IMG/VR virus record: IMGVR_UViG_3300031760_000005
Coordinates: 1 to 64,000 of that record
DNA: 64,000 bases
From: a virus
Taxonomy: Duplodnaviria; Caudoviricetes
Reading direction: 5' to 3' (one strand)
Under the pieces are notes generated by a model that worked only from the letters and a program-made list of their open reading frames with translations, had not been told where the DNA came from and searched no databases. The translations under genes were made by a program, and so were the position numbers. This document shows, one piece after another, positions 39,928 through 50,031 of the stretch (within the stretch, counting starts at the first letter, position 1; the number at the start of each line of letters is the position of its first letter).

Positions 39928-41613
39928 ATGATGAAATTATTTACTGTAATGCAAACGGCTTTTGATAATTTCGATAATACAGTAAGAAATTATTTAGCCA
40001 AAACTTTTAATAATTTAGGATTACAATATACTCATTCACAGATTTTTGGTGTGATATTTGATGGTATGAAAGGTATCATGCAAAATATTATGTTTTATAT
40101 TGAAGATGCTATGAATGAGCAAAACATATATACTGCTTCTCGTAAACAATCAGTATATTCATTAGCTAAAATATCTGGATATGAACCAAGTTATGGTAAC
40201 AGCGCAACTGGTACTATTATTGGTTCTATGCATATAAATAATGGATTAAATAGTAATTCTGATAAAATATATATAAAAAACCATTGTAAAATAACTAATA
40301 AAAATAATGGGCTTATTTATTCATTAAGTTTGCCTACAGATTATTATGTAATTGATATTAGTAAGCCTTTAATTACTCATATGTTTACTGTAATTCAAGG
40401 AATTTATGTACAAAATAATTATGTGACAAAAGGAATTAAATTAGAAAGTGTACATGTATCTGTTGGAGAATTATTTGATGGTAATCATATAATTGTTAAA
40501 GTTGACGGTAAAGAATATGAAAGAGTTGGTAATTTATATGATATGGCAGAAAATGGCGAACAATATATTTTAAATATTGGATTTGATAATGGTTTTGAAA
40601 TAACTTTTGGTAATGGAATATATGGTAAACAATTAACTGAAGGTCAAACTATAGAAATTGAATATTTAAAACATAGTGGTGTTATTGGTAATGTATTACC
40701 TGGTGAAGAAGCACGCTTTAAATTTAATGATTCAGGATTTGACACACTTGGTAATGAAATTAATATTAATAATTTTATAGAATTAAAAATGGATAATTGT
40801 ATATCTGGAGGAACAAATTCAGATAGTATTGGATTTATTAGAAAAATGATTGGTGCAAATTCAAGATCTTCAGTATTAGTATCTGAGGAAAACTTTAAAT
40901 TATTCTTTAAAAGATTTTCATTTATTGGGTACGTTAATTGTTGGTCTGAATCAAATTCAATGATAATTAATGTTACATGTTTAAGAAATTTTTCAAAAGA
41001 AATTAAAGATGTAGATGAATATTTTAAATTGACATCAAATGATTTCTTATTAAATAATGATCAAAAAATAATGATACAAAATACTCTTGAAAATTCTAAA
41101 AAATCTTTTGCGGGTATTACTGTTAAATTTCAAGATCCAATTATTCGTAAATATGCTGCAATTTGTTACGTTAAAATAAAAAATAATTATGATAAAGATT
41201 TAGTAAAAACACAAATTAAACATATATTAGCTGAATATTTTTATAATTCATTAGAAGATACACAATTCATTTCAAAATCAGAAATAATTAAAAAAATACA
41301 TAATGAAATTGATTCAGTTATATCTATAGACATCGATTTTATTTCTCAATTAAATGAAGATGCATTTAAAAATGGTTATTACTATAAATATGAATTAATT
41401 TATAACAACTCGGTTTATAAATATGTAACTAAACGAGTAATTTATGAGCCAGATAATATGGCTGGTCTTGATGGTTATGGAAACATACAAGTAGATTCTA
41501 AACTTGAAATTCCTATACTTATGGGAGGATTTAATTATTATCCAGATAAAACATCATTAGATGGAATAAATAATAGTATAACTACAGAAGCTGTACAAAT
41601 ATACTTTATTTAA
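39928..41613 (+). CDS. Baseplate wedge subunit (T4 gp6-like)
   Basis: EQNIYTA....SVYSLAKISGYEP, ITFGNGIYGK, IEYL...G..GN, SGGTNSDSI..IR. Confidence 0.85.
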   Translation: MMKLFTVMQTAFDNFDNTVRNYLAKTFNNLGLQYTHSQIFGVIFDGMKGIMQNIMFYIEDAMNEQNIYTASRKQSVYSLAKISGYEPSYGNSATGTIIGSMHINNGLNSNSDKIYIKNHCKITNKNNGLIYSLSLPTDYYVIDISKPLITHMFTVIQGIYVQNNYVTKGIKLESVHVSVGELFDGNHIIVKVDGKEYERVGNLYDMAENGEQYILNIGFDNGFEITFGNGIYGKQLTEGQTIEIEYLKHSGVIGNVLPGEEARFKFNDSGFDTLGNEININNFIELKMDNCISGGTNSDSIGFIRKMIGANSRSSVLVSEENFKLFFKRFSFIGYVNCWSESNSMIINVTCLRNFSKEIKDVDEYFKLTSNDFLLNNDQKIMIQNTLENSKKSFAGITVKFQDPIIRKYAAICYVKIKNNYDKDLVKTQIKHILAEYFYNSLEDTQFISKSEIIKKIHNEIDSVISIDIDFISQLNEDAFKNGYYYKYELIYNNSVYKYVTKRVIYEPDNMAGLDGYGNIQVDSKLEIPILMGGFNYYPDKTSLDGINNSITTEAVQIYFI

Positions 41614-41620
41614 AATTTAA

Positions 41621-41631
41621 TTATTTTTAAT
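41621..41631 (+). promoter_or_regulatory. Putative late promoter motif TTATTTTTAAT
   Basis: Recurrent 11-mer. Confidence 0.45.
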
Positions 41632-41657
41632 TATCAAATTATATTACTTTAAAACAT

Positions 41658-43265
41658 ATGTATACATTTTTAGATTTTATACAAGAACGAAAAGAAATGC
41701 AAGTATATGAAGCATTTAATACCAAGAATATCGATTTTGTTACAGAAAAAATAAATAGTATTTTGTTAAAACATATTGATGGTTTAGTACCATTAGTGGG
41801 TTATCAAAAAACTACAATAGAAAAACAAAATTTTTTATCATCACAATATATTATTGTTGATTCTAAATCTCCAAGTAAATCATCAATGTTTCAAATTAAC
41901 TGGTTAGAATCAAAAAATGATGTTTATGCGTATTCTATTGACTTTTTTAAAGATGTAAATTATTTATTTACTGGTGAAGGTAAATCTGACTTAAGTATCT
42001 ATACATTAGGAAGTTCTATTATATATTTCTTACCTATTATTTGGACAATAGTTACTTCACAAAATTATAATCTTTCTGAAAAGAAAGCTATTGAAATTGG
42101 TCGTTCATATTTTAAAAACGCTGAAATAAAAGAATCATTATATTATATTGGAGCATTACCTTATCATGTATTTGAATCATTAAATAATAAAACAGTTTTC
42201 GATATTTTTAAGAAAACAATTAATGAAGCGGTAGATCCAAAATTAAATGAATATGCAGATAAAAAACGTAGAGATGCATTACAAGCATACGCAGATAAAG
42301 ATGAAAAAAAAGCCAATAAATTAGCAGATGAATTTTCAGAAATAAATTCTGCAATTAAAGGTGGGGCAAGTGATCTTAAAGAACTTAAATTAGCTATTAA
42401 ACGTAATGTTAATCTTATTGCAGAAATATCTGAAGAAATGAAGTCTTTCGAAAGTCAATTGAAGGGGCAATCTGAAGATCCAGAACAAACATTTAAAAAA
42501 ATGCAAGGTTATGTAAAGATGGTAATTACAGGAATTAATCCATCTGTTATTCTTTGCGGTGCTCCTGGTGTAGGTAAAACTTATAGAATTAAACAACAAT
42601 TAAAAGCTAATAATTATAAAGAAGGAGAAAATATGTTTACAATAAAAGGTAAATGTACTCCACGTAGATTATATTTAGCTCTTTATGAGTATCAAAACAA
42701 AGGACAAATTCTTTTAATTGATGATGCTGATGGTTTAGTTGGTCCTGGTGCTCCTGAAGAATGTATAAATATTCTTAAAGCTGCGCTTGATAGTACTTCA
42801 GATGATGAAGGTCGTCTTATATCGTATGGTATTTCTGGAAAACTTTTAGATGATGACGGTAATGAAGTACCAAAGAGATTTTACTATAATGGTGGAGTTA
42901 TTGTAATTACTAATTGGAATGCCGGTAAACTTGATACTGCTCTTAGAGGTCGTTCATATATTCAAGATATTAATTTCACTACTGAACAAGTATTGCAAAT
43001 AATTAAAAATCTTATGCCAAAAATTGAACCTGAAACACTAAGTCAAGAATCAAAAACAAAAGCATATAATTATTTAGTAGAATTATCAGAAGAAGGTGCA
43101 GAAATGGAAATTTCAATACGTACATTTGGTATATGTGCAAAAATATTTGAAGCATGTTCTGGTGATATTAATTTCTCTGATGACGATGCAAAATCAATGA
43201 TTAAAGAACAAATGAAACTTCAAGCCTCACGAATTTCGGGCAAAGGAAATAAAGGTAAATACTAA
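41658..43265 (+). CDS. AAA+ ATPase with N-terminal domain and leader
   Basis: GAPGVGKT, LLIDDAD, ILKAALD, VITN...ALRGR; MYTFLDFIQE. Confidence 0.8.
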   Translation: MYTFLDFIQERKEMQVYEAFNTKNIDFVTEKINSILLKHIDGLVPLVGYQKTTIEKQNFLSSQYIIVDSKSPSKSSMFQINWLESKNDVYAYSIDFFKDVNYLFTGEGKSDLSIYTLGSSIIYFLPIIWTIVTSQNYNLSEKKAIEIGRSYFKNAEIKESLYYIGALPYHVFESLNNKTVFDIFKKTINEAVDPKLNEYADKKRRDALQAYADKDEKKANKLADEFSEINSAIKGGASDLKELKLAIKRNVNLIAEISEEMKSFESQLKGQSEDPEQTFKKMQGYVKMVITGINPSVILCGAPGVGKTYRIKQQLKANNYKEGENMFTIKGKCTPRRLYLALYEYQNKGQILLIDDADGLVGPGAPEECINILKAALDSTSDDEGRLISYGISGKLLDDDGNEVPKRFYYNGGVIVITNWNAGKLDTALRGRSYIQDINFTTEQVLQIIKNLMPKIEPETLSQESKTKAYNYLVELSEEGAEMEISIRTFGICAKIFEACSGDINFSDDDAKSMIKEQMKLQASRISGKGNKGKY

Positions 43266-43269
43266 TATT

Positions 43270-43674
43270 ATGAAATCACTTAAAACTATGATAACTGAAA
43301 GTCAAAATAATAATACAATATTTTCACTATTTAAAAATGGTGATGATTCTATTCTTTCAATGATTGCGAAAAGAATTGAAAAATGGGATGCTAATAATGG
43401 TAAACATTCTCGTGAACCAATGTTCTTATGTGACTGGAACAGACAAACTTTATCATGGTCAACTGTAGAAAATCTTCAAATAGAACTTGGAGACAATGAA
43501 GGTCATATTGATGGAGGAACAAATTATAAATTATTTGATGGCTTCTTAAAAGAATATATATCAGGAGAAACTACACCAAATGATCAATATATTCTTGGCG
43601 TATTTATTGATAGATGCTTTATTCCTATTATGGATAAAGAAACTTTTGAAAAGATCTGGTCAAAAATTGCATAA
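43270..43674 (+). CDS. Putative internal head protein
   Basis: MKSLKTMITE leader. Confidence 0.6.
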   Translation: MKSLKTMITESQNNNTIFSLFKNGDDSILSMIAKRIEKWDANNGKHSREPMFLCDWNRQTLSWSTVENLQIELGDNEGHIDGGTNYKLFDGFLKEYISGETTPNDQYILGVFIDRCFIPIMDKETFEKIWSKIA

Positions 43675-43829
43675 TGAATATTAAAGAACTTATTAAACAT
43701 TTAGAAATATTGCGTCAAAAATATGGGGATGATATAGAAGTATGTAAAGTAAAAAACCATGATTATCTTGCTTCTATATTATCTGATCAAATAGTATATA
43801 ATTGTAAAGAAAATAAAATTGAAATATGA
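43674..43829 (+). CDS. Hypothetical protein (51 aa, not in ORF track)
   Basis: MNIKELIKHLEILRQKYGDDIEV..., overlapping both neighbours. Confidence 0.6.
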   Translation: MNIKELIKHLEILRQKYGDDIEVCKVKNHDYLASILSDQIVYNCKENKIEI

Positions 43830-44362
43830 AACAATTAAATAATTATATATTAGAAAAACTTCAAATAGGTTCTAAAACTAAATTAGGATCAATGTTTAAC
43901 TATTATCCTGAAACTAAAGAAGAATTATATAATTTAGTGCGTAAATTAATTGAAGAACGTGGTAATAAAGCTAATTTAAATGACATTTATGTTAATGAAA
44001 TTACTAATATGAGTACATTATTTTACGAATTAGATTTTAATGGAGATATATCTAAATGGGATGTTTCTAATGTTACTAATATGTCATTTATGTTTTTTAA
44101 TTCTAAATTTAATGGAGATATAAAAAATTGGGATGTTAGTAGTGTAACAAATATGGACAGTATGTTTTGTGGATCTCAATTTAATAGTGATATATCTAAA
44201 TGGGATGTTAGTAAAGTAAAAAATATGCATGCTATGTTTAATTATTCTGATTTTAATGGAGATATATCTAAATGGGATGTAAGTAATGTTACTAATACGA
44301 CTTATATCTTTAATGATTCTCCATTAGAAAAAAATCCACCTAAATGGTATAAGGAAAAATAA
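43826..44362 (+). CDS. DUF285/BspA-like repeat protein (third paralogue)
   Basis: MKQLNNYILEKLQIGS leader; FNGDISKWDVSNVTNM repeats. Confidence 0.85.
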   Translation: MKQLNNYILEKLQIGSKTKLGSMFNYYPETKEELYNLVRKLIEERGNKANLNDIYVNEITNMSTLFYELDFNGDISKWDVSNVTNMSFMFFNSKFNGDIKNWDVSSVTNMDSMFCGSQFNSDISKWDVSKVKNMHAMFNYSDFNGDISKWDVSNVTNTTYIFNDSPLEKNPPKWYKEK

Positions 44363-44377
44363 ATTAAATAATTATAT

Positions 44378-44662
44378 ATGAAAAATTTAGAAGAAATTGT
44401 TACAGATACACAAATTACTGAAGATTTAACATATGATAGCATAATACAAAAATTACAAGAAGCTAAAGAAAATAATGTACCTATTGATGAAGGTATTTTT
44501 GGCGCTATTGGTGGAGCTATATTAGGTGCTTCAGTAGGTCCTAAATTAGGAAATGCAATATGTAAAGCTTTAGGTGTAGATATTAAAGGTACTTTCGGTA
44601 CATTATTAACTTCTAAACTTGTTATGGGTTCTATAGGAGCTACTATGGGTTGGAAAATTTAA
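44378..44662 (+). CDS. Small glycine-zipper virion/membrane protein
   Basis: IDE followed by GIFGAIGGAILGASVG. Confidence 0.6.
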   Translation: MKNLEEIVTDTQITEDLTYDSIIQKLQEAKENNVPIDEGIFGAIGGAILGASVGPKLGNAICKALGVDIKGTFGTLLTSKLVMGSIGATMGWKI

Positions 44663-44677
44663 ATAAATAATACATAT

Positions 44678-45472
44678 ATGAGACGTCAAAATATTATAAC
44701 AGTAATAACTCCAGTTTATAATACACAACATAATTATTTTAAAGAATATTTTGATTCAACAATTAAAGCTGTAGAATATTTTAATAATGAATATTTTAAT
44801 AAATTTAATGCTGAATATGATAAAGTTAATATATTAATTTATAATGATGGTTCTGATAATGAAGAAACATTATCTGTATTAACAGAATATAAAAACAAAT
44901 ATTCAGATATTATTACTATAATAAATGGAGAAATAAATAAAGGATATGCTACATCTATAAATATTTTATTAGATAATTGTAATTGTAAGTATGTATGTTA
45001 TATGGATTCTGATGATACTATGGAATTTAATCGATTAACTGTTCAATATGATTATATGGAAGAACATTCTAATATAACATTATGTACAAGTAATACAACT
45101 AATGTAGTAGGTTGGTATAATGGTATAGTTAGAATATTAGAATTATATAATAATCAAAATATAACAAATGATGTAAACACATTATTACCTCAAAATTGTA
45201 TATGTCACCCTACAATATTTTATAAATTATCTGATATAAATAAACATAATATAAGATATAATATTAATTATATTGTTTGTAATGATTATTATTTTTATTT
45301 TGATGTTTTAAAAAACAATTTATATATAGGTTTTATTCCTGATAAATTAGTATTTTATAGAATTAAGAATAATGATAATCAACTAATTCGACGAGAAAAT
45401 AAAAAATGTGGTGAAGAAATTACAAAAATTAAAACATTAATTAAAAATTATATCACAAATTCTGATAAATGA
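44678..45472 (+). CDS. Glycosyltransferase family 2
   Basis: VITPVYN, NDGSD, N.G.....N, MDSDD, RL..Q, HPT, DY. Confidence 0.9.
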   Translation: MRRQNIITVITPVYNTQHNYFKEYFDSTIKAVEYFNNEYFNKFNAEYDKVNILIYNDGSDNEETLSVLTEYKNKYSDIITIINGEINKGYATSINILLDNCNCKYVCYMDSDDTMEFNRLTVQYDYMEEHSNITLCTSNTTNVVGWYNGIVRILELYNNQNITNDVNTLLPQNCICHPTIFYKLSDINKHNIRYNINYIVCNDYYFYFDVLKNNLYIGFIPDKLVFYRIKNNDNQLIRRENKKCGEEITKIKTLIKNYITNSDK

Positions 45473-45549
45473 TTATTATTATTTAATAAATGAATATATT
45501 TAATGTATATTCATTATAAAACTGATAAAAATATAACAAAAATATACGT

Positions 45550-46830
45550 ATGAGCATAAAATTACTTAAAGACCTGAACTTTGCTGAAAAGATCAATTCT
45601 ACAGAAGCTATCACAGAGGCAGGTAAAGATGTTTTGAATAAATACCGCGCATATTGTTATTCAAATCCAGCAACTTGCGGTATTGTTAATGGCTTTGTTT
45701 TAGAAGCTTCTAAATTAAGCTTTGATACAGGTTTGACAAGTATATTAGAATCTGTTAATAACTTTATTAATGAAAACAACATTGGTTGGAAATTAGCTTC
45801 TGCATGTGAAAGTATTTCTAATAACAATTCAACTTACAATTACATTAATAAATTTGGTGTAGCACAAGTTGAAAAACTTCTTGAAATGAATGAATCAGAT
45901 ATTGTTAGCTATATTAAAGCTGGTTCTTTAAAGAGCATTCAATATGTTCCTGAATTCCGTCAAATTTGTAAAGAAGTTTATAAATCAACCATTAATGAAC
46001 AACAAGCAATTAATTATACTATTGTTAATCCTGTTAGTTACGTTTTAGTTGCTGAAAATGGTGAAAATAAAGAATTTTATTTTAAAGTATTAGATAAGAC
46101 ATTTAAAAATACTAATGGCGAAATTTCTGAAGCTGTTTGTGATGATGTTAAATTTAACAGAGTTAATGCTCTTCTTGAAAACTTCGTACGTCATAATGAT
46201 GTATTAGAATTAGAATACACAAGCATTTATAATGAACCTGCTAAATTTGAAATTAATGAAAATAAACTTATTTTCACAAAAGGTAATATTACTGAATCAT
46301 TCGAAAATGCAGTTGATTTTAATGAATATGTAAACAAAGTTGCTCGTGTAATGAATGTAAACGAAAAATTACGTTTCACACAAACTGCTGCTATTGTTTC
46401 TGAAGTATTTGAAAATATTGATAACATTACATCATGTGATTCTGTTAAATTAATGACAACAAACCAAGGTACAGTTCTTGCAATTGTTGAAGGTAATAAT
46501 AATGTTAATTTAACAGTATTCCGTTCTTATAATGCAGGTAAATCTTCAAATAACTATCAATATATGGTTGAAGCTCTTAATAATGTAGTTAAACTTACAG
46601 GTATTGATTTAAAGAATATGTTTGAAGAAAGAATCAATGAAGATATGAAGAAATTAGATCCTCAAGCGCAAGAAATTAAAGAACAACTTGAAGCTAATAA
46701 AGAGGCTCAATATGCAATTCGTAAGAAAAAGATTGCAATGCTTGCAGAACAATACAAAAATGATCCTGTAAAAATTGCTCTTCTTAGTAAAGTAGCTAAA
46801 GATCTTGCTATTCTTGAAAACGCAAAATAA
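45550..46830 (+). CDS. Abundant structural/prohead-core-like protein
   Basis: Codon bias suggesting high expression; several (I/L)xE protease-type sites; coiled C-terminus. Confidence 0.55.
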   Translation: MSIKLLKDLNFAEKINSTEAITEAGKDVLNKYRAYCYSNPATCGIVNGFVLEASKLSFDTGLTSILESVNNFINENNIGWKLASACESISNNNSTYNYINKFGVAQVEKLLEMNESDIVSYIKAGSLKSIQYVPEFRQICKEVYKSTINEQQAINYTIVNPVSYVLVAENGENKEFYFKVLDKTFKNTNGEISEAVCDDVKFNRVNALLENFVRHNDVLELEYTSIYNEPAKFEINENKLIFTKGNITESFENAVDFNEYVNKVARVMNVNEKLRFTQTAAIVSEVFENIDNITSCDSVKLMTTNQGTVLAIVEGNNNVNLTVFRSYNAGKSSNNYQYMVEALNNVVKLTGIDLKNMFEERINEDMKKLDPQAQEIKEQLEANKEAQYAIRKKKIAMLAEQYKNDPVKIALLSKVAKDLAILENAK

Positions 46831-46857
46831 TTATTTTTATAAAATAAAAAAATTTAG

Positions 46858-46890
46858 AATGGAAACTATTTAATTAGTTTCCATTTTTTT
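46858..46890 (+). terminator. Intrinsic terminator
   Basis: AATGGAAACTA-N6-TAGTTTCCATT then T-run. Confidence 0.75.
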
Positions 46891-46903
46891 ATATTTTTAA
46901 TAT

Positions 46904-48604
46904 ATGAGGACAGAATTAGTAATATTTATTTCACATATTTTTAATGAGTTTACTGTTGATAGATATAATGATATAAAATATTCATTATTAGAAAATCAGG
47001 AGTTGATATGGTGTTATACTGGAAATCCACCTCCAAATTTTTTTAATCATAATAAAATAATTAAAACATACAAATTTAATCCTCCAGTAAATTATAGGGA
47101 TCCAAATAATAAAAATTTACCAAATAATTCATATTTATTTGTTGATATTTATAATAAATATAATATGTATGAATATTATTGGATGATTGAATATGATGTA
47201 ACTATAAATTCAAATGATTATAATCCATTTGAACAATTATTTAGATATTATAATACATATAGATATGAACAAACTGCAGATGTTATAGCTGACCATATTA
47301 ATACTTATATAACTAATCATAATTATGTATTACTTTATAATTATAATATGTTAAAACGTTTATATCATTTTAACAGTAATTTTATAAATGAAAAAGATAT
47401 TACTTTTGGATTTTTAACTATATGTAGATTTTCTAATAATTTTTTGAAACATTTTAGTAAAAGTAATGATTGGCATAAATTTTATTTTGAATGGGGTATA
47501 TTAACATTTGCTAACAAAAATAATTATCGTATATGTACATTACATAATACATTTTCAACAGAAAATTATTCGCAATTATTTACTTATACGCCATATAGAA
47601 AAATTAATGATGGGTCTAATTCACCACACCCAAATAATAATAAAATAGGCATAAATGATGGTTATCCATTAGGCTGTATTATACATCACGTTAAAAGTTA
47701 TAATGTACAAAAAGAAAAAATTAATGAGCAATATAATATGATTTCAAAAGAAAATAAAGTATGGATATGTGGATTTAATATTCCAAGACAGTTTAATAAA
47801 AATTTAACATATAATTGTTTTAACCCTAAAGAAGAATATTCTAAACATAATATAAATAAATTAAACAGATTTTGGAGTGAATTTGTTTGTCAATATTATG
47901 TTTATAAGAATAACATATATTCTAAAGTAATATCATTTTGTCATGACACAAGAATTATTCAGGCAACTAAAATTAAAGAAAATGAAATTTTGGACAAAGA
48001 TATAATTCAATGTTATTATATAGTTAAAACTAATATGACAAATGAATATGATTATTTAGGTAACAAAATACCTAAAATAGAAGAAGTACCACATAGAGAA
48101 TTTAGAAATATTTATTATGAAATTGTATCTAAAATGAATCAACCAGAATTTATGTACAATGATTTTATAGAATATTTAACAACGCAAAATATAGTTCCTA
48201 TTGAAAATATAATAAATATAACTTCAACTAATGATTATAATTTTATTACTCGTGAAATGTATACCTGTATATGGAATAGATGGATTGATATGATGAAATT
48301 TGTTTGCGGTTATTATGAGTTTATAATAAAAAAATATTCATTAAACATAGTTGATGATTATTATAAACATTTTATTAATAGAATAATTCCTCATTATAGA
48401 AATTTAAAACCAGAAAATTATACTCCATCAAAAATTTTATATATGCAGCCACATGCATTTAATGAAATAAATAATCCAAAAACCAAATATGGTTTAAATG
48501 CGCAATGTAATGTATGGAGATGCTATTCTTATCATATTGAAATATTAATATCATTATATATATTAACTCATAATAATATTTATACAACAAATTGTATTTT
48601 ATAA
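46904..48604 (+). CDS. Putative two-domain glycosyltransferase-like protein
   Basis: YEYYWMIEYDV, ICRFS, HHVK in N-half; INKLNRFWSEF..QYY...N in C-half. Confidence 0.5.
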   Translation: MRTELVIFISHIFNEFTVDRYNDIKYSLLENQELIWCYTGNPPPNFFNHNKIIKTYKFNPPVNYRDPNNKNLPNNSYLFVDIYNKYNMYEYYWMIEYDVTINSNDYNPFEQLFRYYNTYRYEQTADVIADHINTYITNHNYVLLYNYNMLKRLYHFNSNFINEKDITFGFLTICRFSNNFLKHFSKSNDWHKFYFEWGILTFANKNNYRICTLHNTFSTENYSQLFTYTPYRKINDGSNSPHPNNNKIGINDGYPLGCIIHHVKSYNVQKEKINEQYNMISKENKVWICGFNIPRQFNKNLTYNCFNPKEEYSKHNINKLNRFWSEFVCQYYVYKNNIYSKVISFCHDTRIIQATKIKENEILDKDIIQCYYIVKTNMTNEYDYLGNKIPKIEEVPHREFRNIYYEIVSKMNQPEFMYNDFIEYLTTQNIVPIENIINITSTNDYNFITREMYTCIWNRWIDMMKFVCGYYEFIIKKYSLNIVDDYYKHFINRIIPHYRNLKPENYTPSKILYMQPHAFNEINNPKTKYGLNAQCNVWRCYSYHIEILISLYILTHNNIYTTNCIL

Positions 48605-48736
48605 AAACTGTGGCTAGTTTTCATTCTCGTTCACTCAAATATATTAAATGTATAGTTTATCAAAAAATAATATTCAATACAGGAGAGTGAAGAAGAGCCC
48701 ATAAAAATGATAGTTTAAATTTATTTAATACAGTAC

Positions 48737-48763
48737 AAAGGAGAGAATTAATTCTCTCCTTTA
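48737..48763. terminator. Bidirectional terminator
   Basis: AAAGGAGAGAATTTAATTCTCTCCTTT. Confidence 0.8.
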
Positions 48764-49401
48764 TCTATATTATTTTCTATAAAATATTTTGAAAAATTAC
48801 TCATAAACCATGCATCAGATATATCATCAACTTTAGGAACAATTTTAAATTCTGGGTGATTTATTGTAAATATATTTATCATTATATCTTTATTACAATT
48901 ACCATTACCTGAAGCAAATTTTTTAATTTCTGATGGAGGTGTAATAATAAAAGTATATCCTTCCTTTTCAATAAATTTATCTCTTATAAGATAATTTAAT
49001 CCAGCTAAATCAAATATAGATTTTGTTCGCTGTGCAGAACCATATGATATACCTTCAATAACAATATATATACCTTCTGGATTATCTTTTGTCCAATCTT
49101 TTATTAAATTATAAATTGTTTTTGCGCATGTACACATATTCCAACTTTTCCAATATTCTTGAAAATGAGAATAATCTTTATAAATACTTAAATCTCTTTT
49201 TTCATAAAAACAATATTGAAAATGCTCAATTGCGTTTTCAGCTTCTTTTTCTTTTTTATTTAACCATTTTGATTCTAATTTATTATAATCAGCTGGTTTT
49301 AATATAATAAAATCTTCTTTAATTTTTACGTCACCATCAAATTTTTGTATACATATACCAGTACTATTAATTGATGGATCTATCCCAATATAATATTTCA
49401 C
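48748..49401 (-). CDS. RuvC-like Holliday junction resolvase
   Basis: IGIDPSINSTG, IEGISY, PSEIKKFASGNGN..K, DDISDA. Confidence 0.85.
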   Translation of the reverse strand: MKYYIGIDPSINSTGICIQKFDGDVKIKEDFIILKPADYNKLESKWLNKKEKEAENAIEHFQYCFYEKRDLSIYKDYSHFQEYWKSWNMCTCAKTIYNLIKDWTKDNPEGIYIVIEGISYGSAQRTKSIFDLAGLNYLIRDKFIEKEGYTFIITPPSEIKKFASGNGNCNKDIMINIFTINHPEFKIVPKVDDISDAWFMSNFSKYFIENNIDKGEN

Positions 49402-49423
49402 GTATATTCATAATATATATTTT

Positions 49424-49783
49424 TTAAGGTTTTACTGTTAATGCGTATTTAATCATAAACCATTGAGCTTTTGACTTTGCTTCAATTTCACCACATTGAT
49501 ATAAATTTCTAAAAATCTTCACTACATCATCTTCATATTCATAAAATTCTGTTTTTGTCCAACTATAATAATTTACCCAATTTTCTTTTCTAATTGTTTT
49601 TATAATATCAGAATTTTTTTTCTTACTATTTATTTTTCTAAACATCCCTATAATTAAAGAATAAATAAGACTATTAGTGTCACATAAACAATTTAAATCA
49701 GATTCAGTATATTCTTCATTTTTCAAATAATCAATAGGATATATCCTAACACCATAAACAGTTTGAAATTTTGAATTACTCAT
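49424..49783 (-). CDS. Hypothetical protein
   Basis: 119-aa ORF. Confidence 0.65.
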   Translation of the reverse strand: MSNSKFQTVYGVRIYPIDYLKNEEYTESDLNCLCDTNSLIYSLIIGMFRKINSKKKNSDIIKTIRKENWVNYYSWTKTEFYEYEDDVVKIFRNLYQCGEIEAKSKAQWFMIKYALTVKP

Positions 49784-49798
49784 TTTTATATTTTTTAA

Positions 49799-50023
49799 TT
49801 ATTTATCTTTACTTAATCTATTTAATACTTTCAATAAATCTAAACGTATATCTTCTGGTACATCTAAATTACCACCTGCGCCTGGTCCACAAATTTTAAC
49901 CACAGGTCCAAATCCATTATATCCATCCTTTTCCCAATAAGTAGCAATAAAATAATCATCACCTGTTGGATTAGTGAATATTTTAAGACATGCACCATCT
50001 ACATTATCACTTCGTATAACCAT
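49799..50023 (-). CDS. Hypothetical protein
   Basis: 74-aa ORF. Confidence 0.65.
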   Translation of the reverse strand: MVIRSDNVDGACLKIFTNPTGDDYFIATYWEKDGYNGFGPVVKICGPGAGGNLDVPEDIRLDLLKVLNRLSKDK

Positions 50024-50031
50024 AATTATAA

